Program-made: the position numbers and the translations under genes
The notes under the pieces: model-generated
The model's database searches: none
What the model was told of the DNA's origin: nothing
What the model saw: only the letters and a program-made list of their open reading frames with translations
Source of the DNA: a virus
DNA: 64,000 nt
Strand: one strand, 5' to 3'
IMG/VR virus record: IMGVR_UViG_3300045988_175656
Shown: piece by piece, positions 52,429 to 60,471 of the stretch
Position numbering within the stretch: the stretch's first letter is position 1
Layout of the letters: every line of letters begins with the position of its first letter

Positions 52429-52869
52429 ATGATTGGAAAAGATAAAAGTTACATTAAAAGTAACGAGATTACAGAAATAAAACTAAAAGCGTTTAGAAGC
52501 TCTTTTTCAAAGGATATTATTCTTTGTGGGGAAAGTATTACAGATAGACAAAAAGTATCTCAAAAGTGCTTAGATTATCTCTGTGATAAATTTAAAATTG
52601 AAAAGGTGAAACTAACAGTTTTAAATAAGCCACAAAGAAAAAAAGCAAATGGCAAAACTTTAGGTTTTTATACTGTTGGGAGAAATCATATCACAATATA
52701 TAATCTAACAGCCACCACACAAAAAACTGTATCTATAAAAACTTTTTACGATACATTATTACATGAATTTATGCACCACTATGACTATAAAGTTTTAAAA
52801 CTTGAAAACAGTCTGCATACAAGCGGTTTTTATCAAAGAATAAGCGACTTAAAAAATAAATTGCAATAA
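52429..52869 (+). CDS. HExxH Zn-metallopeptidase-like protein (SprT-like pattern)
   Basis: TFYDTLLHEFMHHYDYK contains HEFMH, preceded by a basic region. Confidence 0.55.
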   Translation: MIGKDKSYIKSNEITEIKLKAFRSSFSKDIILCGESITDRQKVSQKCLDYLCDKFKIEKVKLTVLNKPQRKKANGKTLGFYTVGRNHITIYNLTATTQKTVSIKTFYDTLLHEFMHHYDYKVLKLENSLHTSGFYQRISDLKNKLQ

Positions 52870-52965
52870 AAACATTTATTAACACAAAAAATTTGATTAT
52901 TAAAGAAAAACACCTTATCTTTGTAACATCAAAATAAGAGAATTAACAATTTAAAAATTAAAGTT

Positions 52966-53091
52966 ATGGAAATAGAATTATTAAAGAAAGCAATTTATAT
53001 CAGAACTAAAAAGTTTTCAATTTGGTTCGGATGGCTATCATTCTCAAAAAATGATTGTTTTATACCAACATTCTATTTTAATAAGTTGTAA
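52966..53091 (+). CDS. 41-aa micro-protein
   Basis: Unlisted ORF MEIELLKKAIYIRTKKFSIWFGWLSFSKNDCFIPTFYFNKL, with a canonical promoter and the ATCAAAATAAGAGAATTAACAATTTAAAAATTAAAGTT leader. Confidence 0.4.
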   Translation: MEIELLKKAIYIRTKKFSIWFGWLSFSKNDCFIPTFYFNKL

Positions 53092-53110
53092 CATTTTAAA
53101 TTTTAAAGTT

Positions 53111-53425
53111 ATGTTATATAGTGGTGAAACCGTTTTTTTAAAAAGTACTGATAATGCAAAAGCAAATGTACTCTGCAAGCAAGTTAATAAACTGACAGCA
53201 AAAAAATTATATGATAAGGGAGTTAAAATTTGGTTACATCCTTGCAATTTAACGCTTAATAACGTTTGGCAAGTGCCTTATCATTTCCAAAAAAGCGAAA
53301 CAAATACTGAATGTTTTGATAGCCTTGTTAATTCTTTTAGGTGGTATAATTGTGACAGACAGAGAGGTAAAAGAATTATTTTCTTTGCCGAATGTGATAA
53401 AATGGGAAAATTACTTCATTCTTAA
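53111..53425 (+). CDS. hypothetical protein
   Basis: Start trimmed to MLYSGETVF (ATG 53111), which follows TTTTAAAGTT. Confidence 0.6.
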   Translation: MLYSGETVFLKSTDNAKANVLCKQVNKLTAKKLYDKGVKIWLHPCNLTLNNVWQVPYHFQKSETNTECFDSLVNSFRWYNCDRQRGKRIIFFAECDKMGKLLHS

Positions 53426-53436
53426 AAACTGACAGT

Positions 53437-53583
53437 ATGACAAACATATTATATATAGGGCTATTTACAGCCCTTTTAATAGCACTTTTTTTCTTTGCAA
53501 TGAAAGTATTATCTAAGCAAAGAAAAGCTAACAGAGAGGAAAAAACTCGCTTTATTTGGGCGAATATAAGATATAAAACATAA
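53437..53583 (+). CDS. 48-aa single-pass membrane peptide
   Basis: Unlisted ORF MTNILYIGLFTALLIALFFFAMKVLSKQRKANREEKTRFIWANIRYKT. Confidence 0.4.
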   Translation: MTNILYIGLFTALLIALFFFAMKVLSKQRKANREEKTRFIWANIRYKT

Positions 53584-53742
53584 CTTTAGATTTATAGAAC
53601 TTAATTTTGATGAAAAAATGCACCCGTTTGTGAAAATAGGTGCATTTTGCTTTTATTAACACAAATAATTTGTATATGATAAATAAATCGCTTATCTTTG
53701 TAATATCAAAATAAGAGTACTAATAATTAAAATTTTAAAGTT

Positions 53743-53928
53743 ATGATACATTTTAATTCTCATCCAGAAGTAATAAATATTACAGCAGCCACTAATGCTA
53801 ATCAGATAACAAAAGAATACTATGATTTTTTAGTAGGAGAAATTAATAGAGGTACAATAAAAAAAGCTGTTTGTCGTATTGAGAATGAAGTATTTGGTAC
53901 AGTATCTTATCATTTAATATCATATTAA
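53743..53928 (+). CDS. hypothetical protein
   Basis: ORF track; canonical leader. Confidence 0.55.
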   Translation: MIHFNSHPEVINITAATNANQITKEYYDFLVGEINRGTIKKAVCRIENEVFGTVSYHLISY

Positions 53929-53978
53929 CATTCATTAGTGATAATAATTTGTATATTCAAAATTAAAAATTTAAAGTT

Positions 53979-54251
53979 ATGGATAATAATTTACAAGAAT
54001 TTAGATTTAATACAGGTGTAAAAGTATATAGTTTTTGTCCTCCAGTTCCTTGTGTGGGTGAATATCAAATTGTAGACGGAAACGGAGTTAAAATAATTTT
54101 GTTTTATTGTACTGATGTTCCGAAAAATGCTACTTTCTTATTTGCTTGCGATACGCCTAATTTAGACAAAGCAAAAGAAAATAATGTGATAGTAAGGGAA
54201 ATTATAAAAGGTGGCTTATGTTCCAAATATGCTTATTTTAAAACTTATTAA
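53979..54251 (+). CDS. hypothetical protein
   Basis: ORF track. Confidence 0.6.
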   Translation: MDNNLQEFRFNTGVKVYSFCPPVPCVGEYQIVDGNGVKIILFYCTDVPKNATFLFACDTPNLDKAKENNVIVREIIKGGLCSKYAYFKTY

Positions 54252-54338
54252 CACAAAATATTTGGAACATATCAAAAAAATACCTATCTTTGTAATATCA
54301 AAATTAAAGAAGTTACTAACAATTAAAAATTTAAAGTT

Positions 54339-54539
54339 ATGAAAAAATTTCAATTAAGTTTTCAAGCAAGAAAGATTAATGCAATCGGAATTGTTTACAA
54401 TAACTCTGCAACTGTGGTTGCAGATAATTTACAAGAAGCAACAAATTATCTTTACACAATCTTTGAGCATATAAAAGATATAAAAATTGTGAAAAAAACT
54501 AAAACAAATATGGAAAAGGGAATTGTTAAACATAGTTAA
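54339..54539 (+). CDS. hypothetical protein
   Basis: ORF track; the last gene with the canonical leader. Confidence 0.6.
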   Translation: MKKFQLSFQARKINAIGIVYNNSATVVADNLQEATNYLYTIFEHIKDIKIVKKTKTNMEKGIVKHS

Positions 54540-54545
54540 AAAAAT

Positions 54546-54561
54546 TGTTCCACGTGGAACA
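54546..54561 (+). promoter_or_regulatory. TGTTCCACGTGGAACA palindrome, copy 3 (perfect)
   Basis: Perfect 16-nt palindrome 7 nt after the stop of 54339..54539, abutting the C-tract island. Confidence 0.6.
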
Positions 54562-54640
54562 CCCCCTACATGGGGGCTACCCCCGTAACCCCCCACTCCG
54601 TTCCCCCTACCTTGAAGGGGTGGGTAAAACAGGGAACGGT
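54562..54640. other. C/G-tract island in otherwise AT-rich DNA
   Basis: Tracts are C5 (54562-66), G5 (54572-76), C5 (54580-84), C6 (54589-94), C5 (54603-07), G4 (54617-20), G3 (54622-24) and G3 (54632-34). It also contains the CCCCC-TACAT-GGGGG hairpin and the pair CCGTTCCC...GGGAACGG. Confidence 0.8.
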
Positions 54641-54851
54641 CTGGAAAATGAAATTTTTTTGGTCCAGAAAATTTTTATTTTTCGTAAATGCCTAAAAATC
54701 TAATTTTAAATTTCACATTTTTTAAAATAAAAAATGGCTTTTCAAAAAAATTTTCCAGAAAATTTTTTAGCTTTTTAAAAAAGGTATTATTTTATTTTTG
54801 CTAATTTATAAAAAAAAACGTATATTTGCAAAAAAAAAATGAGATTATATT

Positions 54852-56729
54852 ATGATAAGAATATTTGAGCATATAAAAAGTGATTATACCTATTACATAG
54901 ATGAAAATACATTTAGTATTTTTAAAAAAAGAAAAAATGGGTCATTAAAAGAAATTGGAACTAAAAAAAGTAAATATGGTTTAACTGTACAATTACATAT
55001 TTTTTATGACGAAAAAATAAAAAGATGCCGTAATAGGAATGTTTATCTGCATACTATTGTTGGGGATTATATTTTTAAAGCAAGAAAGAAATATGTTATA
55101 AATTATAAAGATAATGATATATATAACTGCACAAAAGAGAATATATACATTACATATTTGTGTGATTTAAACAGAAAATGGAATAAGTTAAAGAATAAAG
55201 AATCTACTTATTTATCTGATAATGGTGATGTTTATTATGAACCTTATAAATGTTTTCTTTCGCCATCATTTGATATTACTGGTTATGCATATTTCTATAT
55301 TAATGGTGAAAACATAAAACGTTCCCATCTTGTATGGAAATATTTTGGTAATGAACCATTTAAAGATGGCTATGTTGTTGACCATATTGATAATAATCCA
55401 TCTAATGATGACATTAATAATTTGCAGTTAATAACAATTAGGGAAAATATTATTAAGGATTTGCACAAAAAATCAAATTTGCCAACTGGTGTGCGTAAAG
55501 AAGGTAACAAGTATAAATCTTATATTGGCTATACTATGGATGGGGTATATCATGAAAATATATACTTAGGTGTATTTGATACAATCGAGTTAGCAAGTGA
55601 TTGTTATCAAAGGGCATTATCTTTAGTTGAGAATGGTATTAATCCCATAAAAAGTGGTGACAATAAAGATATTAAGTATAAATTTTCTGTTGATAAATGG
55701 TATTATAGATTGCCATCAAATAATGGTAGAGACAAATATTTTGGTGATTTTGATTCTTACGACAAGGCATTAGAAAGTTATAACAGTCACATTGATATAT
55801 TTAAACAATTTTTTAATGAGACAGATGAAGAAAAAGCAATAAGGAAAGGTAATTTTTCTTTCAAATATAATGGTGTATCATATATGATATGCAAACGCAA
55901 ATATGGTGATATTGAATTTATTAATGCACTCAATTATTATAAAAAATGCAAAAAGAATTGTAATGTTCAAGAATTTATAAACAGCATTCCATTGATAAGA
56001 GAGAAAATATATAATGAGCACAATAAAATTTATGAGTCATTAAAGAAGAAAAAGAAAGAAGAAGCAGCCATTAAATATGCTAAACTTTTAAGAGAAAAAA
56101 AGATTGAAAAGTTAAAGAAAGAATCTTTTAAAGATATAAAAGATGAATTAGATTCTATTAATGAGTTTTTAAAAGAGTCGAAAATGATTGAATTTATGAA
56201 TAAACCTAATTATATTCAAAATTCTTATAATGATTGTTATACAATAAATGTCCCATACAAAGATGGTAAATATTACTATTTACACAGTTTCAAAAACAAA
56301 GAAATAGTAGATGAAATAGATAATATAATGAATGAATATAAACAATCAGATAATTTCATAAATTTATTCAATGATTTTAAAAGTAATAAACTTCTATCAT
56401 ATATAGAAAAAGACAATGTTTATAGGCAACAAATTGAATCTCAAAAGAAGAACAAATTAGGTTATTATTATTTGCCAAAAAAAGATTTATATAGAGTTAA
56501 AAAACATTTAAATAACAAAGAATATGTATTAGGTTATTATAAAGATGAAAGATGTTGTAAATATATTTTAGATGAATGTAATAATGCAATAAAATTGGGT
56601 ATATTTTCTACATGGTATAAAGATATAGAAAAACATAAACTTCGTGTTAGAAATATGTTTAATGATTTAACTTTAGTCAGAAGCAGGAACATAGCATCTA
56701 ATAATAAAAAATATTTAGAATTACCTTAA
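54852..56729 (+). CDS. free-standing HNH homing endonuclease with AP2-type DNA-binding repeats
   Basis: The HNH_3 core is HLVWKYFGNEPFKDGYVVDHIDNNPSNDDINNLQLITIRENI. The AP2-like unit is LPTGVRKEGNKYKSYIGYTMDGVYHENIYLGVFDTIELASDCYQRAL. Further degenerate units follow (KWYYRLPSN...YFGDFDSYDKALESY and GYYYLPKKDLYRVKKH...VLGYYKDERCCKY). Confidence 0.8.
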   Translation: MIRIFEHIKSDYTYYIDENTFSIFKKRKNGSLKEIGTKKSKYGLTVQLHIFYDEKIKRCRNRNVYLHTIVGDYIFKARKKYVINYKDNDIYNCTKENIYITYLCDLNRKWNKLKNKESTYLSDNGDVYYEPYKCFLSPSFDITGYAYFYINGENIKRSHLVWKYFGNEPFKDGYVVDHIDNNPSNDDINNLQLITIRENIIKDLHKKSNLPTGVRKEGNKYKSYIGYTMDGVYHENIYLGVFDTIELASDCYQRALSLVENGINPIKSGDNKDIKYKFSVDKWYYRLPSNNGRDKYFGDFDSYDKALESYNSHIDIFKQFFNETDEEKAIRKGNFSFKYNGVSYMICKRKYGDIEFINALNYYKKCKKNCNVQEFINSIPLIREKIYNEHNKIYESLKKKKKEEAAIKYAKLLREKKIEKLKKESFKDIKDELDSINEFLKESKMIEFMNKPNYIQNSYNDCYTINVPYKDGKYYYLHSFKNKEIVDEIDNIMNEYKQSDNFINLFNDFKSNKLLSYIEKDNVYRQQIESQKKNKLGYYYLPKKDLYRVKKHLNNKEYVLGYYKDERCCKYILDECNNAIKLGIFSTWYKDIEKHKLRVRNMFNDLTLVRSRNIASNNKKYLELP

Positions 56730-56747
56730 AATATTGTTGAGAACTAA

Positions 56748-56769
56748 AAAGACACTACTTAGTGTCTTT
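56748..56769. terminator. bidirectional terminator
   Basis: AAAGACACT-ACTT-AGTGTCTTT lies between the convergent genes 54852..56729(+) and 56777..57322(-). Confidence 0.65.
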
Positions 56770-56776
56770 TATCTTT

Positions 56777-57322
56777 TTATAATATTGGCATTATTTTTTC
56801 ATTTATGAAATTTGTAAAAGTTAGTTTTGATTCTTTATATTGTTTATATAATTGTTTCTTTTGTTTGAGTGTTAACTTTTTGAATATTTTCCATTCATCT
56901 GTGCCATCTTTATGAATTATATTATAATTGTTATCATATTGATGTGCATATGCTTCCAGTTCAAATTCAATAAATTTATATGGCATTTTAATTCCGTTTA
57001 TAATTGGTAAGTTTTTAAGGTATAGCCAAATATAATGAAGATAATATAATATCCATGAATTATGGCATTTAATTGCTTGTTTAACGTGTGTCATTTCATG
57101 ATTTTTATCATCTTCATTTCTTCCTTTTTCTTCATCTTTTACCCATCTATCATACGTTTTCTTTCTAATGTATATATTTCCAAAGAAACACATTAATTTA
57201 CTATTATTAAATGGGATGAAATTATTCACTATTAATTTCATTTCCGTTATTTGACTAGGCTTTTTCATGTTAATTACAATTTTATCATAAATATTTGTGT
57301 TATGATTAATATAAATTAACAT
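56777..57322 (-). CDS. HExxH metallopeptidase-like protein (DUF4157-like HE.THV.Q motif)
   Basis: KNHEMTHVKQAIK resembles the HE(L/M).HV.Q signature of DUF4157. An alternative start MKKPSQ is at 57268. Confidence 0.55.
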   Translation of the reverse strand: MLIYINHNTNIYDKIVINMKKPSQITEMKLIVNNFIPFNNSKLMCFFGNIYIRKKTYDRWVKDEEKGRNEDDKNHEMTHVKQAIKCHNSWILYYLHYIWLYLKNLPIINGIKMPYKFIEFELEAYAHQYDNNYNIIHKDGTDEWKIFKKLTLKQKKQLYKQYKESKLTFTNFINEKIMPIL

Positions 57323-57387
57323 TGATTATTTGTGGCTTTTATTTTTTGTTTATATCTTTGTGTCATAATTAAAAAATATATAATTAT

Positions 57388-57630
57388 ATGGACGAAAAAT
57401 TAAAGAGATGTATTGAGGTGTTAGTACATTATGTATATGACACATATGACGGTAATGAATCTGAAATATACACATTATCTTATTATTACATGTATATTAA
57501 TAAAGTTAATGATATTGAAGGTTTATTGGCTTGTTTTGTACAAGCTATAATAGATGTAACAGATAAAGAGTTTTCTGATGTATATAAGAAAATAGTTAAT
57601 CATCCACAAATTAAAAAAGTATTATTTTAG
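57388..57630 (+). CDS. hypothetical protein
   Basis: ORF track; promoter TTTG-20nt-TATCTTTG at about 57331-57362. Confidence 0.6.
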   Translation: MDEKLKRCIEVLVHYVYDTYDGNESEIYTLSYYYMYINKVNDIEGLLACFVQAIIDVTDKEFSDVYKKIVNHPQIKKVLF

Positions 57631-57711
57631 TTAACATTTTTTATAGAAATAAATTTTGTATATTAAAAAAATAGTTTTATATTTGCACAATAAATTTAAA
57701 AAAGGTATAAC

Positions 57712-58131
57712 ATGGAAAAAATTTTCATATTGAGTCAGATTGTTTCTGTATCTCTTTACAAGACAGTGAACCGTAGTGATTTATTTAAATGGGTAAAGAA
57801 AGAGAAATACAAAGGTTTTCTTTTTTGGAGAAAAAAGATTGAGTATTATGAATGGAATGATGGTACCAGTAGTGATTTTCTTAGTGAAAGATATGCTACT
57901 GATGAAGAATTATTGAATTATTTTAAAACTTATATCGGAAGGGATGATTTATTCATTAAGGATAAGGTATTATATCAGAAACCTTATGTGAAGTTAATTT
58001 TATCTAATGACACACATTTGAATAAGGTATTTGAAGATGATATTCTTGCAGAGCAGTATTATGTTTCTGTTCAGGCTGAATTAAGTCGTTGTGGTATTCC
58101 TTATAGAGATTTATCAAAAGATTTGTTTTAA
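57712..58131 (+). CDS. hypothetical protein
   Basis: ORF track; TATATTTG box near 57680. Confidence 0.65.
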   Translation: MEKIFILSQIVSVSLYKTVNRSDLFKWVKKEKYKGFLFWRKKIEYYEWNDGTSSDFLSERYATDEELLNYFKTYIGRDDLFIKDKVLYQKPYVKLILSNDTHLNKVFEDDILAEQYYVSVQAELSRCGIPYRDLSKDLF

Positions 58132-58149
58132 AATATAAATAGAAATATT

Positions 58150-58644
58150 ATGATTGATTTGTTATTATTATCTTTATCCATATTCATTGTTTATTTGTCA
58201 TATACGTTGTTTAGTATTAAGATGATGCCAATTAGTTTATCTGATACATATTATCAATTAGAAAAAGTTGGTAAACCGAAATGGTTATTTCAATTATGTA
58301 TGTTTTTGATAAGTGCTTTATTGTTACCTTGTTGGCTTGTCATATCTCCTGAGAATATACAATTTTTAGCATTTTTAGGTTGTGGTGGTTTATTATTTGT
58401 TAGTGTTGCTCCTGCATTTAAATTACCATTAGAAGGTCCTGTTCATTATGTTTCTGCATACATTAGTGGTGGTTGTGCAGTATTATGGGTTTTATGGGTG
58501 GGTTTATGGTATATTCCTGTGTCTTTATTAGTTGTTGCATTATTGCTTACGTTTATAAAGTATAAAAAGCAGGTAGCATTTTTATTGGAATTGGTAGCAA
58601 TTATCAGCGTATTTATTAGTTTATTAATGATGTATTATAAATAA
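58150..58644 (+). CDS. polytopic membrane protein
   Basis: About 5 hydrophobic helices over 164 aa. Confidence 0.65.
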   Translation: MIDLLLLSLSIFIVYLSYTLFSIKMMPISLSDTYYQLEKVGKPKWLFQLCMFLISALLLPCWLVISPENIQFLAFLGCGGLLFVSVAPAFKLPLEGPVHYVSAYISGGCAVLWVLWVGLWYIPVSLLVVALLLTFIKYKKQVAFLLELVAIISVFISLLMMYYK

Positions 58645-58646
58645 TT

Positions 58647-59096
58647 ATGGAAAATATTGAAAATAGCACAGCGACTCTTAGAGATACTAATTGCATTATT
58701 TTAAAGAAGCGTGAATATGATGATTTAGTAGATGCTGCTGACAAGGGTATAATGCTTCACATAGGTGTTTCCAATAGTGATAATTATGATGTTGATATTA
58801 AGGCGCATAAAAGCTGTATTATTGTTGGTACTGATAAGATAGCTATTTCCCCAGGTATAAGTAGTCAAATATATCGTATTGCTAAATATATTAAAGAAGA
58901 ATTTGATACCATTATTAAAAGTAATGATAGTATAATAAGAAAAAATCACATTGATAATTTAGAATCTCTTCAAGATGATTTATTAGATGAATTTAGTCAA
59001 TTATCTTGGTGGGAAAGGTTATTTTTTAACCCTGATAAGATTAAGAAGAATATAAATGATTATAATACGATAGATGAAGATTTATCTAAAGAATAG
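58647..59096 (+). CDS. hypothetical protein
   Basis: ORF track; 2-nt gap from the previous gene. Confidence 0.65.
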   Translation: MENIENSTATLRDTNCIILKKREYDDLVDAADKGIMLHIGVSNSDNYDVDIKAHKSCIIVGTDKIAISPGISSQIYRIAKYIKEEFDTIIKSNDSIIRKNHIDNLESLQDDLLDEFSQLSWWERLFFNPDKIKKNINDYNTIDEDLSKE

Positions 59097-59101
59097 AATT
59101 T

Positions 59102-59539
59102 ATGGCAAGTAGTGTTTCAGAAAGAAATTTATTAAGTGTAATTAAGTCTCATTATTCGGATGCTGTATCACAGAAACGTTTTGATTGGTTAGGCAATCAA
59201 AGTTTAGATATATACATTCCCTCAAAGAATGTTGCTATTGAGTATCAGGGTGAGCAACATTACAAGCCTGTTCACATTTATGGTGGTAAAAAGGGTTTTA
59301 GGCAGCAACAGAGATTTGATAAAAAGAAAATCAATTTATGTAAAAAACATGGGGTAAATTTATATTATTTCACTTTTGTAGAAGATGCTCCTAATAAGTT
59401 ACATGGGAAAGTAATGTATAAGAATACTCGTAAATTATTGCGTAGTATTAAATATCCTTGGTTAAAGTGGACAAAGTTTATTATTGAAGGGATATTTTGG
59501 TTAATTGTTATATTTTATATGATTTTATTTTTCATTTAA
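59102..59539 (+). CDS. PD-(D/E)XK-like (Vsr/DUF559-type) nuclease-fold protein with C-terminal TM helix
   Basis: LDIYIPSKNVAIEYQGEQHY fits the D...(I/V)E(Y/V).G..H core. The C-terminal segment FIIEGIFWLIVIFYMILFFI is hydrophobic. Confidence 0.5.
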   Translation: MASSVSERNLLSVIKSHYSDAVSQKRFDWLGNQSLDIYIPSKNVAIEYQGEQHYKPVHIYGGKKGFRQQQRFDKKKINLCKKHGVNLYYFTFVEDAPNKLHGKVMYKNTRKLLRSIKYPWLKWTKFIIEGIFWLIVIFYMILFFI

Positions 59540-59552
59540 TTAAAAAAATATT

Positions 59553-59927
59553 ATGTTAGTAAAAATAGAAAATGAATATTATGAAGCATCTCGTGTTCAA
59601 AAGGTAGAGAAGCCCTATTTGTTTATTAAAGTAACTAAATTATCAGATGGCAGTTATAAACTTATTCAAGTAATAGATGATTTAAGTTTACAAGAGGATT
59701 GTGGTTTGACTGATGTCATAATTCGTTATGATAAAAACTTATGTAAGGTTGATTTAACTAAATATGATTATGTCATATCATATGGTTTTTCAGTTCATGT
59801 TGATGGTAAAGGCTTAAACATGTTTGATAGTAATTACAAAATATTAGTAAGTGGTTTTAAAACCATGCTTGAAGCAGCCGAAAATAGAGAAAAGTTTGTT
59901 AAAGAAGTTAATGAAAAAAAAAAATAA
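59553..59927 (+). CDS. hypothetical protein
   Basis: ORF track. Confidence 0.65.
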   Translation: MLVKIENEYYEASRVQKVEKPYLFIKVTKLSDGSYKLIQVIDDLSLQEDCGLTDVIIRYDKNLCKVDLTKYDYVISYGFSVHVDGKGLNMFDSNYKILVSGFKTMLEAAENREKFVKEVNEKKK

Positions 59928-59935
59928 AAAATAAT

Positions 59936-60130
59936 ATGAATAAGAAAGAAGTTATTGAAATGTCTAAAAAGTATTCTAAGAATAAACAATATCAGGATGC
60001 TTATAAAGCAGGTTTTCAAGCCGCATGTAACATTGTCAGATGTAAGATTAATACTTGTGATAATGGTGAATTTTGTGATGAAATGGAAGAGTTAGCTAAT
60101 GTTTCATTTATGGATTTAGATGATGAATGA
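59936..60130 (+). CDS. hypothetical protein
   Basis: ORF track. Confidence 0.55.
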   Translation: MNKKEVIEMSKKYSKNKQYQDAYKAGFQAACNIVRCKINTCDNGEFCDEMEELANVSFMDLDDE

Positions 60131-60425
60131 AGATAAAATAAAAGGAATAAAAGCTATTGTATCTTATTACAATAAGGTTGAATTATTGAAAGAAGAAATT
60201 AATAAATTAAAAAGTATCAGAGAAAGCAATACATTTATAATGACAATATTTCTTGCAGGTGAAAATTCTGTTGACAATTATACCATGAGCATTACATCAG
60301 ATAATATGATGCAAAACGATTATGGGGTACTTTATCAGGACTTTATTGATAAACTGATTGAAGGGAAAGAGAAAGAATTGGCAAGTTATAATATGGTATT
60401 AGAAAAATTTTCTGAAAAAATCTAA
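60120..60425 (+). CDS. hypothetical protein
   Basis: ORF track; overlaps the previous gene by 11 nt. Confidence 0.6.
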   Translation: MMNEDKIKGIKAIVSYYNKVELLKEEINKLKSIRESNTFIMTIFLAGENSVDNYTMSITSDNMMQNDYGVLYQDFIDKLIEGKEKELASYNMVLEKFSEKI

Positions 60426-60436
60426 GTATTTTTTGA

Positions 60437-60465
60437 TTTAGTTTGATAATAATTATCAAACTAAA
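60437..60465 (+). promoter_or_regulatory. 29-nt perfect palindrome in the leader of the MASTFKI gene (copy B)
   Basis: TTTAGTTTGATAAT-A-ATTATCAAACTAAA ends 6 nt before the ATG at 60472. It differs from copy A at two positions in each arm, and the changes are compensatory. Confidence 0.7.
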
Positions 60466-60471
60466 CAAATT

